Part shown: piece by piece, positions 38,823 to 51,273 of the stretch
Layout of the letters: every line of letters starts with the position of its first letter
How positions within the stretch are numbered: position 1 is the first letter of the stretch
Assembly (NCBI RefSeq): GCF_006345805.1
Contig: NC_042998.1
Span: 22,940,001 to 23,004,000, forward strand
Source: Octopus sinensis
Lineage: Eukaryota
Length of the DNA stretch: 64,000 nt
Reading direction: 5' to 3'
Position numbers and translations under genes: made by a program
The notes under the pieces: model-generated
What the model saw: the letters and a program-made list of their open reading frames with translations, nothing else
Database searches by the model: none
Told to the model about the DNA's origin: nothing

Positions 38823-41072
38823 CTGTGTTTGTCCCCCGAACATTGCTTGACAACCGATGCTTACAAAAAATAAGTCCTGGGGTCGACTTATACACCAAGA
38901 CAACTTCAGAGGAACAAAGATTCTATGTGAAATGCAGCAGGATTTGGAAAGAGAATGAAATAATTCCTCATTTCATGCTCATTTTCCATGCTGGCATAGA
39001 AAAAAACAACTTTTTGATGTAAATAATTTTTGGTGTTAACATGGTCCGATTTGAATTTTTTCTTCTACGGAAGGAAGAGCAAGCCTTCTTCTGTCATACT
39101 CTCAATTTTGGTCAACTTGTGCCGCAGGGTCTCGGAGGAGATAGTGTTAGTTGAAGGCTAACAAACCTGCCATACACAGACAACTTCAGCTTTATATATA
39201 GAGAGAGAGATATACAAATTATGAAAATAATTTTTTTAAATACACATTACATTACAGTAGTGTTTCTACTTCGCGGATTTTCACCTATCGCGGTGGGTTT
39301 TGGAACATAATACCCGCGATAGTCGAGGGATTGCTGTATAACATGAAAATCTGTGGGAAAATAGTTTTCGCGTTACGACAGATTTTTTTCAGGAACTCAC
39401 CAACTCCGCAATGCGAGTAGGGGTAGGGATTCCTGTGTTATTCTCAAGCAGTGAATATTATCTCCCTTTGATTAATTAATGGGAGTTACTTCCCTTGCCA
39501 TTTCATTTTAGATTTATGAATTGTTTTCTTTACATGCATTCTAGCCATATGAATCGGGTCAGTATTTTACTGGTGCTTCATGTTTTAATCGATCCTAAAA
39601 AGATGAATGGCAAATTTCATTTCAATGGGATTTGTCCGGCGCTAACAATTCTATCAATTCGCTGATAATAGTTTCAAATAAAAAGCACCTTTCGGACTTT
39701 TAGCTTCCCCAGCTGTCAGTAACAAGTTTCAGCTCATCTGGTAATGCTGTCTGTGATAAATTGCTATCAATGTGTTTTATACCACTATCACTACATCTAG
39801 TTTCTGGTTCTCGTAGCATAACGTGTGTATTTACCTCTCTTTAACTTGTTTCAGTCATTTGACTGCGGCCATGCTGGAGCACCGCCTTTAGTCGAGCAAA
39901 TCGACCCCGGGACTTATTCTTTGTAAGCCCAGTACTTATTCCATCGGTCTCTTTTTGCCGAACCGCTAAGTTACGGGGACGTAAACACACCAGCATCGGT
40001 TGTCAAGCAATGCTAGGGGGACAAACACAGACACACACATACATATATATATATATATGTATATACATATATACGACAGGCTTCTTTCAGTTTCCGTCTA
40101 CCAAATCCACTCACAAGGCATTGGTCGGCCCGGGGCTATAGCAGAAGACACTTGCCCAAGATGCCACGCAGTGGGACTGAACCCAGAACCATGTGGTTGG
40201 TTAGCAAGCTACTTACCACACAGCCACTCCTGCGCCTAAATACTTAATTGTCTGCGTTTTAGGTGTGTTGAAGAAAATCGTTGTATATTTCGAATTGGAA
40301 CGAAGACTAGATAGGCCAACAAGAAATGAAATAATTAACAATTATGTTCATTGGATTTTTCTTTTTTCTTCTTTTTTGTTTTTGTTTTAGTTTTGTAAGT
40401 GGATTTCGTAGACGGAAACAGAAAGTAGCCCGTCGTGTGTGTGTCTTTGTCTCCCACCACCATTTAACAACCGGTGTTGGTGTGTTTACCTTCCCGTAAC
40501 TTAGCTGTTCTGCAAAAGAGACCGATAGAATAAGTACCAAGCTTTAAAAAAGAAAAATGCTCTGGGGTCGATCCATTGGAATAAAAGTGCTTCAAGACGG
40601 ACCCCCCCCCCCAACATGGTCAAATGATCGAAAAAAAGTAAAAGATAAAAAATATCATTGGACAATTTTGATTACTCTCTTTACTTGTTTCAGACTGTCG
40701 CCATGCTGAAGCACCGTTTTTAGTCGAGCAAATCGATCCCAGGACTTATTCTTTGTAAGCCTAGTACTTATTCTATCAGTCACTTTGCCGAACCGCTAAG
40801 TTACGGGAACGTAAACACACCAGCATCGGTTGTCAAGCGACGTTGGGAGGACAAACACACACACAAACATATACACACACATACATATACATACATATAA
40901 ATATATATATATATGAGGGCTTCTTTCAGTTTCCGTCTACCAAATCCACTCACAAGGCTTTGGTCGGCCCAAGGCTATAGTAGAATACACTTGCTCAAGG
41001 TGCCATGCAGTAGGACTAAACCTAGAACCATGTGGTTCGTAAGCTACTTACCACATAGCCACTCCTACGCCT
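38628..41072. mobile_element. Family A SINE cluster (38628-38885 +, 39835-40238 -, 40380-40650 +, 40675-41072 -)
   Basis: Family matches in both orientations. Confidence 0.8.
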
Positions 41073-41879
41073 GAGCAGACTTATGATTAAAGGTATTTCA
41101 TTTGTAACCATCCAGTCTTTTAGATATACCTGGGACTTCAATATCAGGTGTGTTCTTCCTTAACATAATACATCATGAATTGAGAGCTAATTGGCTGATA
41201 TGAGCGACCACATATAGTCTCCTTTATTGGCCTACCCATTAAGTTGTAAACACAAATGGAGATTCATCTTTATACCCGGTAACTAGTCTGAAATGGTATG
41301 GTAGAACTTATCCTTTCAGGAAGTATGAACCAGTGAATGTAGAATGTTAACTTGCATAGCTAAGTACAGGTAAGCTAAGGGGAGTGGTTAGGTATTAAAG
41401 GAGCACCATCCGGGTGTGATCGTTGCCAGAGCGGTTATCTGGCACGTAAAAGACACCATTCAAGCATGATCGTTACCAGAATCGCCTTACTGGCACCTGT
41501 GCCGGTGGCATGTATAAAATATTCAAGCGAGGTCATTGCCAGTACCACCTGACTGGCCCCCGTACCGGTGGCACGTAAAAGCACACACTACACTCTCGGA
41601 GTGGTTGGTGTTAGGAAGGGCATCCAGCTGTAGAAACTCTGCCAGATCAGATTGGAGCCTGATGCAGCTATCTGGTTCGCCAGCCCTCAGTCAAATCGTC
41701 CAACCCATGCTAGCATGGAAAGCGAACATATACCCAAGAGAGAACCATGATGGTCGGGATAAGGATCAATTGAATAAGAGCTGGTCAAGAATAGGATTAG
41801 ATTAAACTAGTTGTGCCATTTCTCAAAATGAACTTGTGATAGAAATTGCTAGCATCAAGATTATATCATCCATGTCCTG

Positions 41880-42150
41880 TGACACGGATGGACAGGATGA
41901 GGAATGAGAAGGTGTGAAGATGAGCAGGAATGAGAGAAAAACTAACAACCAAATTAGATATATGAATGGAGAGGATGGATGAGGTGCGGATGGTAAGGAG
42001 GGTGATGAAGACTGAAGTAGTAGGCAGTAGAACTAGAGGCAGACCTTGGTTTGTGTGGATGCTGTGAGGAAAGCTTTGGTGGTTAGAGGTGTTGGAGTAA
42101 GAGAGGCAAGAGAGTTTATAAATGATAGGAAAGATTGGAGAGTGTTTGTG
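41880..42150 (+). pseudogene. Degraded RTE-clade LINE ORF2 C-terminus
   Basis: Translates to RMDRMRNEKV...MERMDEVRMVRRVMKTEVVGSRTRGRP..W.DAVRKAL..RG.....DRKDWR with frameshifts. Confidence 0.75.
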
Positions 42151-42367
42151 GACAGATGAGTAAATTTTGATGTTGCTCAAAGGGGTATGGAACCAGCATA
42201 TGCTGTCAGGGCCTCACTACTGATATTGGGGGTTGCTTTCTATGCCTTGCCCCGAGTATAGAACAGGGCTTGCCCCTTTGTGCTGGGAAATGAATGGAAT
42301 GCCTGGTGTGTGCCTTGTGGCTACCCACTTCTAAAAAAAATTGGGAATAGGCCTGGATATATATATA

Positions 42368-42878
42368 TCTATATATATAAAACTGTAGTTGTGTGAGTGT
42401 CTGTCCCCTTCGATTTAGATTCCTAACTCCTCCCACATTTTGCAGTGCAGTTTAACCAAATTAGGGTATCTTATAGTCGTGATTCATATCGAGCCCGTCT
42501 GAGTATTAGCGCACGTCTACGATGAGTCTACGATTTTAAAAATAATTTAACATAATTTTTTATTCCATTTTAATGCATAATTTTTCGTGTGTCGATGGCG
42601 GCGGAGTTGGCGTCCATGGTCACACCTGCACCTGTTTGCTTCTCCCCCTTCTTCTCCCTCGTGAAGCTGTGGGGAAAGGAGTGTAAGGAAATCAACGTCG
42701 TAAAGCGTTGTCAAGGAGACCAGCGTTCTTTTAGAACAACGACTTCATGGCTTGAAGAAACCAAAACAGAAATGGCTAAGAAAGCCCGAATTGGCATCTA
42801 TAAGGGAAGTAACTCTCTAAAAATGCTTATATAGTTATTTCCTTTACAAACCCGAGCAACACCGGGCGATACTGCTAG
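42368..42878 (+). mobile_element. Helitron H1 carrying an extra ~210-bp GC-richer insert (42588-42798)
   Basis: TC start, hairpin plus CTAG end; the insert is absent from the other H1 copies. Confidence 0.8.
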
Positions 42879-42899
42879 TATATATATATATATATATAT

Positions 42900-44157
42900 T
42901 GTTACGGAACGGAGCGGAATCGCCTGTCGTCGCTCGTCCCGAACGGCTCACAACTAGTTCCGCCACGGAACCCAAAGAGGCGGAGAGAGGAGATACAGAT
43001 AGACACTGCCACAACCTCAACAGCACAGAGATACAGAGGCACAACCCGAGGCACAACCCAAAGAGAGGCAACAACTGGCAACACTGGCTTATATATTCAA
43101 ACAACAGTTTATATGACAATCACAATTGTTACAACATCAAATACATTTAAGGCAGACATTTAAAGAAAGACATGCACGTGACTACTCAATACATCATACA
43201 ACAGATCAAAGCATTTAACAACATGCATGTAACAATATAACAGTGTTCAGTAACGACACAACAAGTCCAGATCAAATAATGTTCACGATACGTCACAGTC
43301 CAATCAGAACACTTCGATACATTATGCAATGTTCGTATCACAACAATTCACGTTACAATTCAACAAGTCCTTTACTCAATTCACAATGTCCTTTATCGAC
43401 CACATCGACAGAGTCCTTGACTGTTCTTTACACCGTGACACATATCAATGCACAAACACATACCTCACTTCCTAATTGAATCTGCCAGTGTCCCATTCCT
43501 CTCAATCCTGCCAATTCCTCTGAATACTGCCAAATCCTTCTGTACATATCCCTTCTGCATATTCCAATCGCTTGCCCCTAGGCCTCCTCGCATCCCAGCT
43601 CGCTCCCAGGAATCCCAACGCTTGCTCCTTAAATCCAAGGTTCCATCCACTCGCTCTGACCTCCAGAGTCGGTCTGTGTTCTTCGACGACCGCTCAACGA
43701 CTGCCAAGACCTCACTTCGTCTCTGTGCTTCTTCCACTCCCTCATCTCCCTCTGTACCGCTCACACCCTCTCTAACTGCTCTCTGATTCCTTACTCTATC
43801 TATATCGCCTCATCCCTTAGCCTCTCTATCTGTCCCTTACTGCTTATCCTTTCTATTTGCCCTCTGCTCTTACTCTATCGCTATCGCCTGCCAGACTCTT
43901 AGCCTCTCCATCCGTCCCTTACTGCTTATACTCTATCTCTATTTGCTCTCAGCCCTTAATCTGTCCCTTTTCTTTCACATTCTCCTGACCCTCTTCTCAG
44001 CCGCACGAGGTCACAGGTCATTCCAAAACCCATTAGTCCTCCATTAGACAAAAGACTGTCACATTTTCACCAGACATACTGGAACCATATCCACGATGTG
44101 GGTCACCAGAAACACTACACTAATTAAACCCCGAAATGCTCTTAGCCAACCGTAACA
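42900..44157 (-). repeat. 3' LTR (1258 bp)
   Basis: Direct repeat of 46178-47433; about 7 substitutions and 3 indels counted by eye. Confidence 0.95.
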
Positions 44158-46149
44158 CTACCCCCTACCTAAGCTTTTGTCGACCCGACAAAGCATAACA
44201 AAACTCGCACCTCCGAGCAGCAGACTCTCCAGGGGCTGGGGGTCCCCTTGGGTGGTTTCTCCTCCGGGGGGGGGGGGTCTCACCTCCCACGGCCACCACT
44301 TCAGCACCAGCCACAGGTTGGCACCTTCCCTCTGCGGCTTGGGTAACACCTCCGCCAACGCCGCCAGGCTTCCTACTAGCCGCCCACAATAGGCGCACCG
44401 TCCGAGGAAGTTCCTCAAATCCCTCACACAAGAAGGGTCCGGCCAATCCTTCACAGTGGCCACCTTCCTCAGGGCTCTATAGCCCACGTAGCATCTTGCT
44501 GTACCATCTCCATTCCGCGCAATTATCGCCGACGACCAGGGACCATTCCGCTTTTCCACTGTTCCCCGTCGCCGATATCTCCTCTTGCGCTGCTGTACTG
44601 GGACCTTCCTCCGGCCTCGCTGCTTCCTCAAGCGACGACCACCTTGGTCGACGAAACGTTCTGCCAGGTCCGTGCGACCAGCATCCAACAACCCTCGCGA
44701 CCAACGTCCTGCACTTTTCACCAACGGTTGCTTCTTCCGCAACTGCATCAGCGGACCACGATCTCCCTTAACTTCATCACTGCACCGGCAGAACTGACCC
44801 CGCCGCTGGCTTACCGTCCGGCGCAGTTCCACGATTTGCCCTCTGCAAATCGCCTGCGCAGCCTTCAATAAATCGGCCGACCCAACCAGCGCTCTGTCAA
44901 CTTCTGCTTCCACCAGGGTCCAGCCGACCCTCAATTGAGTTCCTATTCCACACTGCATGTCGGGCTCCACCGGCCCCACGCAACCATCGAACACAGCGCT
45001 CCCCCAAGTGCCAACAAAGCACCAGCGACTCCTTGCGGACCGCCTCCTCAACTGCATCCGTGGGCCACCAACTCCTTCAACTGCGTTGCCGTATCGGCAG
45101 AACTGGCCCCACCACTGGTTCGCCATCTGGCACGATTCCTCGATTTGCCTTCTACAAATCGCCTGTGCCACTTCCAAAAGATCGGCCGACCCAGCCAGCG
45201 CTCCACCAGCTTCTGCTTCCACTAGGGTCCACCCGACCCTCAATCGAGCTTTCACTAGGCACTGCCTGTCGGGCTCCACCGGCCCCAAGCAACCATCAAC
45301 CACAAAGCTCACCCAACGCTGAAGCAGTCTTCCTGGTCTCGGTGGACCCACCACCGTTCGCAGCCGTCTCGCCTCGTCAACGGGCCTGGTCCTTTTCCTC
45401 ACCAGCTTCCGTCCCGCAGGCCTCACAACACACACGCCCGGCCGCCAGTCCATCCACGCCTGTGGCCTCTCCACAGTGGGAACCATACAGTCCCTCTGGG
45501 CCCCAAGAGACAGGAGTCCAGACACCAAAGGACTCGCACACGGCACAACACCTGCCGCGACCATCACACACAGAGCCGGAACCTCGGACTCAGCGACATC
45601 CGCCCCAGACCTCGCCAGCTCTTCGTCCTGAGCTCCGAGAGACAGGGGTCGAGATGCCAAGGGCTCCAGACACGGAACAACAGCATCAGCCATAACACCT
45701 TCCACAGGCCTTTTGGTTACTTCAACCTCTACGGGTTCCAAATCACAAGATTTCTTGGGTACAGCGTCACAAATTTCGGCAACCATCCCAGGTTCCGCAA
45801 ACACAGCCGGTCCAGCATCACAGATTTCGGCAACCAACCCAGGTTCCTCAACACTTCCTTCACTATCTGTTTCACTCGATGCTTCGTTCGACGAGCAATC
45901 TCTGCCCACAGGACCGTCGCTATCCTCGGTCCAACACCGATCCTTCAAAGCTGACCCATCCGCAACCTCAAGCTCCCGCTGATCTGCCCACAGGCCCTGT
46001 CGCCTCCTGTCCATTCTCTCCACGAACACCTCCGTCTGCGCCATCTGGCCCCTTAACATCTCCATAATCAGAGCAAGCGAAATCTCCTCGTCTCCGGTCT
46101 GACAACCAGACAAATCCATAGTGAAAAAGAACCGATCGAAACGCAGCAA
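44158..46149 (-). CDS. 663-aa ORF of the LTR element: Gag-like N-terminus, internal duplications, relic RT ends fused in frame
   Basis: GPWSSAIIARNGDGTARCYVGYRAL resembles [26 protein letters not shown] and joins directly to VKDWPDPSCVRDLRNFLGRCAYCGRLV (RT thumb). No YxDD, protease active site or integrase DDE seen. Confidence 0.8.
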   Translation of the reverse strand: MLRFDRFFFTMDLSGCQTGDEEISLALIMEMLRGQMAQTEVFVERMDRRRQGLWADQRELEVADGSALKDRCWTEDSDGPVGRDCSSNEASSETDSEGSVEEPGLVAEICDAGPAVFAEPGMVAEICDAVPKKSCDLEPVEVEVTKRPVEGVMADAVVPCLEPLASRPLSLGAQDEELARSGADVAESEVPALCVMVAAGVVPCASPLVSGLLSLGAQRDCMVPTVERPQAWMDWRPGVCVVRPAGRKLVRKRTRPVDEARRLRTVVGPPRPGRLLQRWVSFVVDGCLGPVEPDRQCLVKARLRVGWTLVEAEAGGALAGSADLLEVAQAICRRQIEESCQMANQWWGQFCRYGNAVEGVGGPRMQLRRRSARSRWCFVGTWGSAVFDGCVGPVEPDMQCGIGTQLRVGWTLVEAEVDRALVGSADLLKAAQAICRGQIVELRRTVSQRRGQFCRCSDEVKGDRGPLMQLRKKQPLVKSAGRWSRGLLDAGRTDLAERFVDQGGRRLRKQRGRRKVPVQQRKRRYRRRGTVEKRNGPWSSAIIARNGDGTARCYVGYRALRKVATVKDWPDPSCVRDLRNFLGRCAYCGRLVGSLAALAEVLPKPQREGANLWLVLKWWPWEVRPPPPGGETTQGDPQPLESLLLGGASFVMLCRVDKSLGRG

Positions 46150-46177
46150 TCAGGACAATCCCACTTCTGACACCAGT

Positions 46178-47433
46178 TGTTACGGAACGGAGCGGAATCG
46201 CCTGTCGTCGCTCGTCCCGAACGGCTCACAACTAGTTCCGCCACGGAACCCAAAGAGGCGGAGAGAGGAGATACAGATAGACACTGCCACAACCTCAACA
46301 GCACAGAGATACAGAGGCACAACCCGAGACACAACCCAAAGAGAGGCAACAACTGGCAACACTGGCTTATATATTCAAACAACAGTTTATATGACAATCA
46401 CAATTGTTACAACATCAAATACATTTAAGGCAGACATTTAAAGAAAGACATGCACGTGACTACTCAATACATCATACAACAGATCAAAGCATTTAACAAC
46501 ATGCATGTAACAATATAACAGTGTTCAGTAACGACACAACAAGTCCAGATCAAATAATGTTCACGATACGTCACAGTCCAATCAGAACACTTCGATACAT
46601 TATGCAATGTTCGTATCACAACAATTCACGTTACAATTCAACAAGTCCTTTACTCAATTCACAATGTCCTTTATCGACCACATCGACAGAGTCCTTGACT
46701 GTTCTTTACACCATGACACATATCAATGCACAAACACATACCTCACTTCCTAATTGAATCTGCCAGTGTCCCATTCCTCTCAATCCTGCCAATTCCTCTG
46801 AATACTGCCAAATCCTTCTGTACATATCCCTTCTGCATATTCCAATCGCTTGCCCCTAGGCCTCCTCGCATCCCAGCTCGCTCCCAGGAATCTCAACGCT
46901 TGCTCCTTAAATCCAAGGTTCCATCTACTCGCTCTGACCTCCAGAGTCCGTCTGTGTTCTTCGACGACTGCCAAGACCTCACTTCGTCTCTGTGCTTCTT
47001 CCACTCCCTCATCTCCCTCTGTACCGCTCACACCCTCTCTAACTGCTCTCTGATTCCTTACTCTATCTATATCGCCTCAATCCCTTAGCCTCTCTATCTG
47101 TCCCTTACTGCTTATCCTTTCTATTTGCCCTCTGCTCTTACTCTATCGCTATCGCCTGCCAGACTCTTAGCCTCTCCATCCGTCCCTTACTGCTTATACT
47201 CTATCTCTATTTGCTCTCAGCCCTTAATCTGTCCCTTTTCTTTCACATTCTCCTGACCCTCTTCTCAGCCACACGAGGTCACAGGTCATTCCAAAACCCA
47301 TTAGTCCTCCATTAGACAAAAGACTGTCACATTTTCACCAGACATACTGGAACCATATCCATGATGTGGGTCACCAGAAACACTACACTAATTAAACCCC
47401 CCCACCCCGAAATGCTCTTAGCCAACCGTAACT
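46178..47433 (-). repeat. 5' LTR
   Basis: Direct repeat; outer terminal base altered (GTAAC-T). Confidence 0.95.
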
Positions 47434-48119
47434 ATATATATATAGATATAATTATACAAGCAAAGTTTGTGAACTGGAAGAATTGTTAGCACATTAGACA
47501 AAATGCTTTGCAACATTTCATCTATCTTTATGTTCTGGGTTAAAATACGTCTAAGGTTGACTTTTCCTTTTGTACTTTTGCGGTTGATAAAATAAGCACC
47601 ATTTTAGCACTGTGGATGTTATAATTGACTTATCCTCTTTCCCTGAAACTGCTGGCATTGTGCCTATAGTAGAAAGGATTGTGATTATCATAGCAGAGAA
47701 GTGATACAACTTGTTTAACCTTTAGTGAATTAGACATTGGGTTGTCTGCTCCAGTAGACACCTCTGGCATGCCAACCACTAATTTAGCTTTGAAGGAAAC
47801 TTTGGCAGGATCACTATGACATATTCATCTTCTCAGTGAAAACTCCTCAACGTTCAACAGAACAAAACAACTCAAAGAAAATCCTTAAACAGGAGCAATA
47901 ATGGTTTTATACTTTCTGGTGACTGCTGTAACTTTACAGATAATAGTTTCTCAATGTTGTGTATGCGACATAGTATACAAGAATACCTTGGAATAAAAAC
48001 AATACGTCTTATAATCGGAGGACGGTTGTAAGGACAACCTACATACGCTCAGTGCTTCTCATCCAAAGCTCAAATGCAAAAAGGGAAGATTAACTTTCGT
48101 TTTTTTTCCTGTTTTTTCT

Positions 48120-49935
48120 GTGCCAGTGGCACTTAAAAGGTACTAGAGCCCCATGCTGCTTGGGTGTTAAGAGCACCATCCGAGCATGATCGTTGCCAGA
48201 GTGGCTAACTGGCCTCCGTGCCGATGGCACGTAAAAGACACCGTCCGAGCATGGCTGTTACCAGCATCGCCTTACTGGCACCTGTGCCGGTGGCATGTGT
48301 AAAGATTCGAGTGAGGTCGTTGCCAGTACCCTCTGACTGGCCCTGTGTTGGTGGCATGTAAAAGCACCCACTACACTCTCGGAGTGGTTGGCATTAGGAA
48401 GGGCATCCAGCTGTAGAAACTCTGCCAGATCAAGATTGAAGCCTGGTGCAGCCATCTGGTTCGCCAGTCCTCAGTCAAATCGTCCAACCCATGCTAGCAT
48501 GGAAAGCGGACGTTAAACGAAGATAATATGTGGAGTGGAAGTCCCTCACTTCCAGGTTATCTTGAAATTCATGGAATGTTCCAGAACAGTCTATGGCAGG
48601 TCACTCAAGCTACATCCCATTTTTTTTTTTGTATCTAATTATCTGAGAGGGCGCTACAAACCCTTTAATTGTGAAATTAAATTTCGTATTTATTTCAGTA
48701 GTGGTCTTAAATACCTACCAAAAAAACAGAATTGGTATTTTCTGCAAGTTTTATTGCTTCAATGAACTTGACATATCTCAACATGAACTAGTTTCAAACA
48801 TGACAGTCCTCAACAAAAAATAGATTGGTTTATAAAACTGCTTTCCACTGTTAATTTTGAGTGGATGCCAGCGCCGCCTCGACTGGCTTCCGTGCCGGTG
48901 GCACATAAAATACACCAATCCGACCGTGGCCGTTGCCAGCCTCGCCTGGCACCTGTGCAGGTGGCACGTAAAAAGCACCCACTACACTCACAGAGTGGTT
49001 GGCGTTAGGAAGGGCATCCAGCTGTAGAAACATTGCCAGATAAGACTGGAGCCTGGTGCAGCCTTCTGGCTTCCCAGATCCCCGGTCGAACCGTCCAACC
49101 CATGCTAGCATGGAGAACGGACGTTAACGATGATGATGATGATGATGATACCTGATTTCCACAATTGTTCTGGTTGCTTTCAGCTATAGGGTTATGTGCA
49201 TCCTTCAGTCTTGAGAGGTCTTGGATCTGCCTTCAAAGAGGGTACAAGCCTAGACATGGTTGTGTGGAAGACCAGTGGTTGTCCACACGGTGGGTTTTCC
49301 CTGTCCATGCAACTTAAGACCAGTGTTGTCACAGGACCAAGTTGAAGATAAACTCAAATTGTTTTAAAGACTCCAGCTTTTAATTTTTAGTCAATTAAAC
49401 ATCTGTATTTAATAAATATTGATTGTGGCTATGTGGTAAGTAGCTTGCTAACCAACCACATGGTTCTGGGTTCAGTCCCACTATGTGGTACCTTAGGCAA
49501 GTGTCTTCTACTATAACCTCAGGCCTACCAAAGCCTTGTGAGTGGATTTGGTAGACAGAAACTGAAAGAAGCCTGTCATGTATATGTATATATATATAAT
49601 CATCATCATTGTTTAACATCTGTTTTCCATGCTAGCATGGGTTGGGAAGCTAGGAGTCTGCACCAGGCTCCAGTCTGATCTGGCATTGTTTCTACAGCTG
49701 GATGCCCTTCCTAAAGCCAACCACATATGTATGTATGTGTGTGTCCCCACCAGCATCGCTTGACAACCAATGCTGGTGTGTTTACGTACCTGTAACTTAG
49801 CGGTTCAGCAAAAGAGACCAATAGAATAAGTGCTAGGCTTACAAAGAATAAGTCCTGGGTGGGGGGGGGGCGATGTGCTCGACTAAAGGTGGTGCTCCAG
49901 CATGGCTCCAGTCAAAATGAAACAAGTAAAAGAAT
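48120..49935 (+). mobile_element. Family C copies (48120-48522, 48862-49148) and family A (49424-49935) with nested C (49605-49724)
   Basis: Family motifs. Confidence 0.8.
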
Positions 49936-50419
49936 AAAAAGTAGAAACCTGTTCATTTGATCAAATGTACTATTTTCTCTTTTTAAAAAAGTGTCTTGAG
50001 AAAAGCATTATTGCTGTTGTTGTTGTTGTTGTTGTCGTCATTATTAAACTTCATTGAAGAGGTAAAGACAGGATTTAGTTTTATTTCTCTAGTTGTTATG
50101 TTAAATTTCTGTCAGATTCACTTGAGTTCCCTTTTCTGTGAACTCAATAAAATCAGTCACAGTCATAGACTAGAGATTGATTCAGTTGACTGCATCCTTT
50201 CCATAGAAAGGTATAGCTTGTTTCCAAGAAAATGTATGTCTGTATGGGTATAGCTTTTAACACTTTCATTACTATATTTTTGCTGAAACACAATGCCTTT
50301 GTTTCCATTAATTTAAAATAATTTTAAAAAAAATTTAATAAAGTAAATTAGTTATTAAGCTGGTGTTTGGAACACAAATTAATGTGAATTTTTAATAGAA
50401 AGTTTTAATTTAGGTCACA

Positions 50420-50817
50420 CCAGCAGTATCGCCCGGCGTTGCTCGGGTTTGTAAGGGATATAACTATATAAGCATTTTTAGAGATGTAAAGTATAATAGC
50501 CATCTCAATATGGCTAACCACAAAGGGGGGGGGGTGTTACTGTAGCTTTTTACGTTCTGAGATTTAATAATACATTTTTAGGGAGTTACTTCCCTTATAT
50601 AATAGCAAAAAAATGCATTAAAAATGGGAAAAAATGATGGTAAATTTTTTTTTAATCATAGACTCATCGTAGACACGCGCTAATACCCAGACGGGCTTGA
50701 TATGAATCACGACTATAAGATACCCTAATTTGGTTACACTGCACCGCAAAATGTGGGAGTAGTTAGGAATCTAAATCGTAGGAGACAGACACACAACTTC
50801 ACTTTTATATATAAAGA
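50420..50817 (-). mobile_element. Helitron H1
   Basis: Almost identical to 3224-3620; CTAG end mutated. Confidence 0.85.
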
Positions 50818-50821
50818 TTAA

Positions 50822-51273
50822 CCTATTTGTTACTATATTTCTGTTGTGATACTCTGTGTTTCTTTCAATTAATTTTAAATATAACAAAGAAATTAGTAAA
50901 ATAACTTAGTCATCATTCAGCTAGTGTTAGGAACATAAATTGTGACTAAGGTTTGGTGGAAGATTTTAATTCAGAACTTTTGAAAGCAAGACATTTGTAC
51001 TACAGAGCCAGAGGTGGTTTCAGCCAGGTTGGTATCAAAAGGGTTAAATCATTTGTTAACCCTTATGTTACCATATTTCTGTTGAGATGCTCTGTGTTTT
51101 TTCAGTTACTTTAAATATAAGAAAGAATTTAGTAAAATAACTTAGTTACCATTAATCTCAGTGTTAGGAACATAAATTATGACCAAGGTTTGGTGGAAGA
51201 TTTTAATTCAGAACTTATGAAAACAAGACATTTGTATTCAGAGCCGGTTTAAGCTGGATTGGTAACAAAAGGG
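50822..51273. mobile_element. Two tandem piggyBac-type MITEs (50822-51043, 51060-51273)
   Basis: Each is TTAA-flanked; homologous to 28371. Confidence 0.8.

Larger units (their letters stand above)
42900..47433 (-). mobile_element. Ty3/gypsy-type LTR retroelement, apparently non-autonomous, recent
   Basis: LTRs 42900-44157 and 46178-47433 (TGTTAC..GTAACA). PBS TGGTGTCAGAAGTGGGATT (46157-46175) complementary to the tRNA-Leu 3' end. PPT AGGTAGGGGGTAG next to 44157. ATAT flanks. Confidence 0.95.

Noticed and set aside
42844-43786. Duplicated 60-112-aa ORFs in both LTRs
   Set aside because: Identical only because the LTRs are near-identical; no domain evidence.
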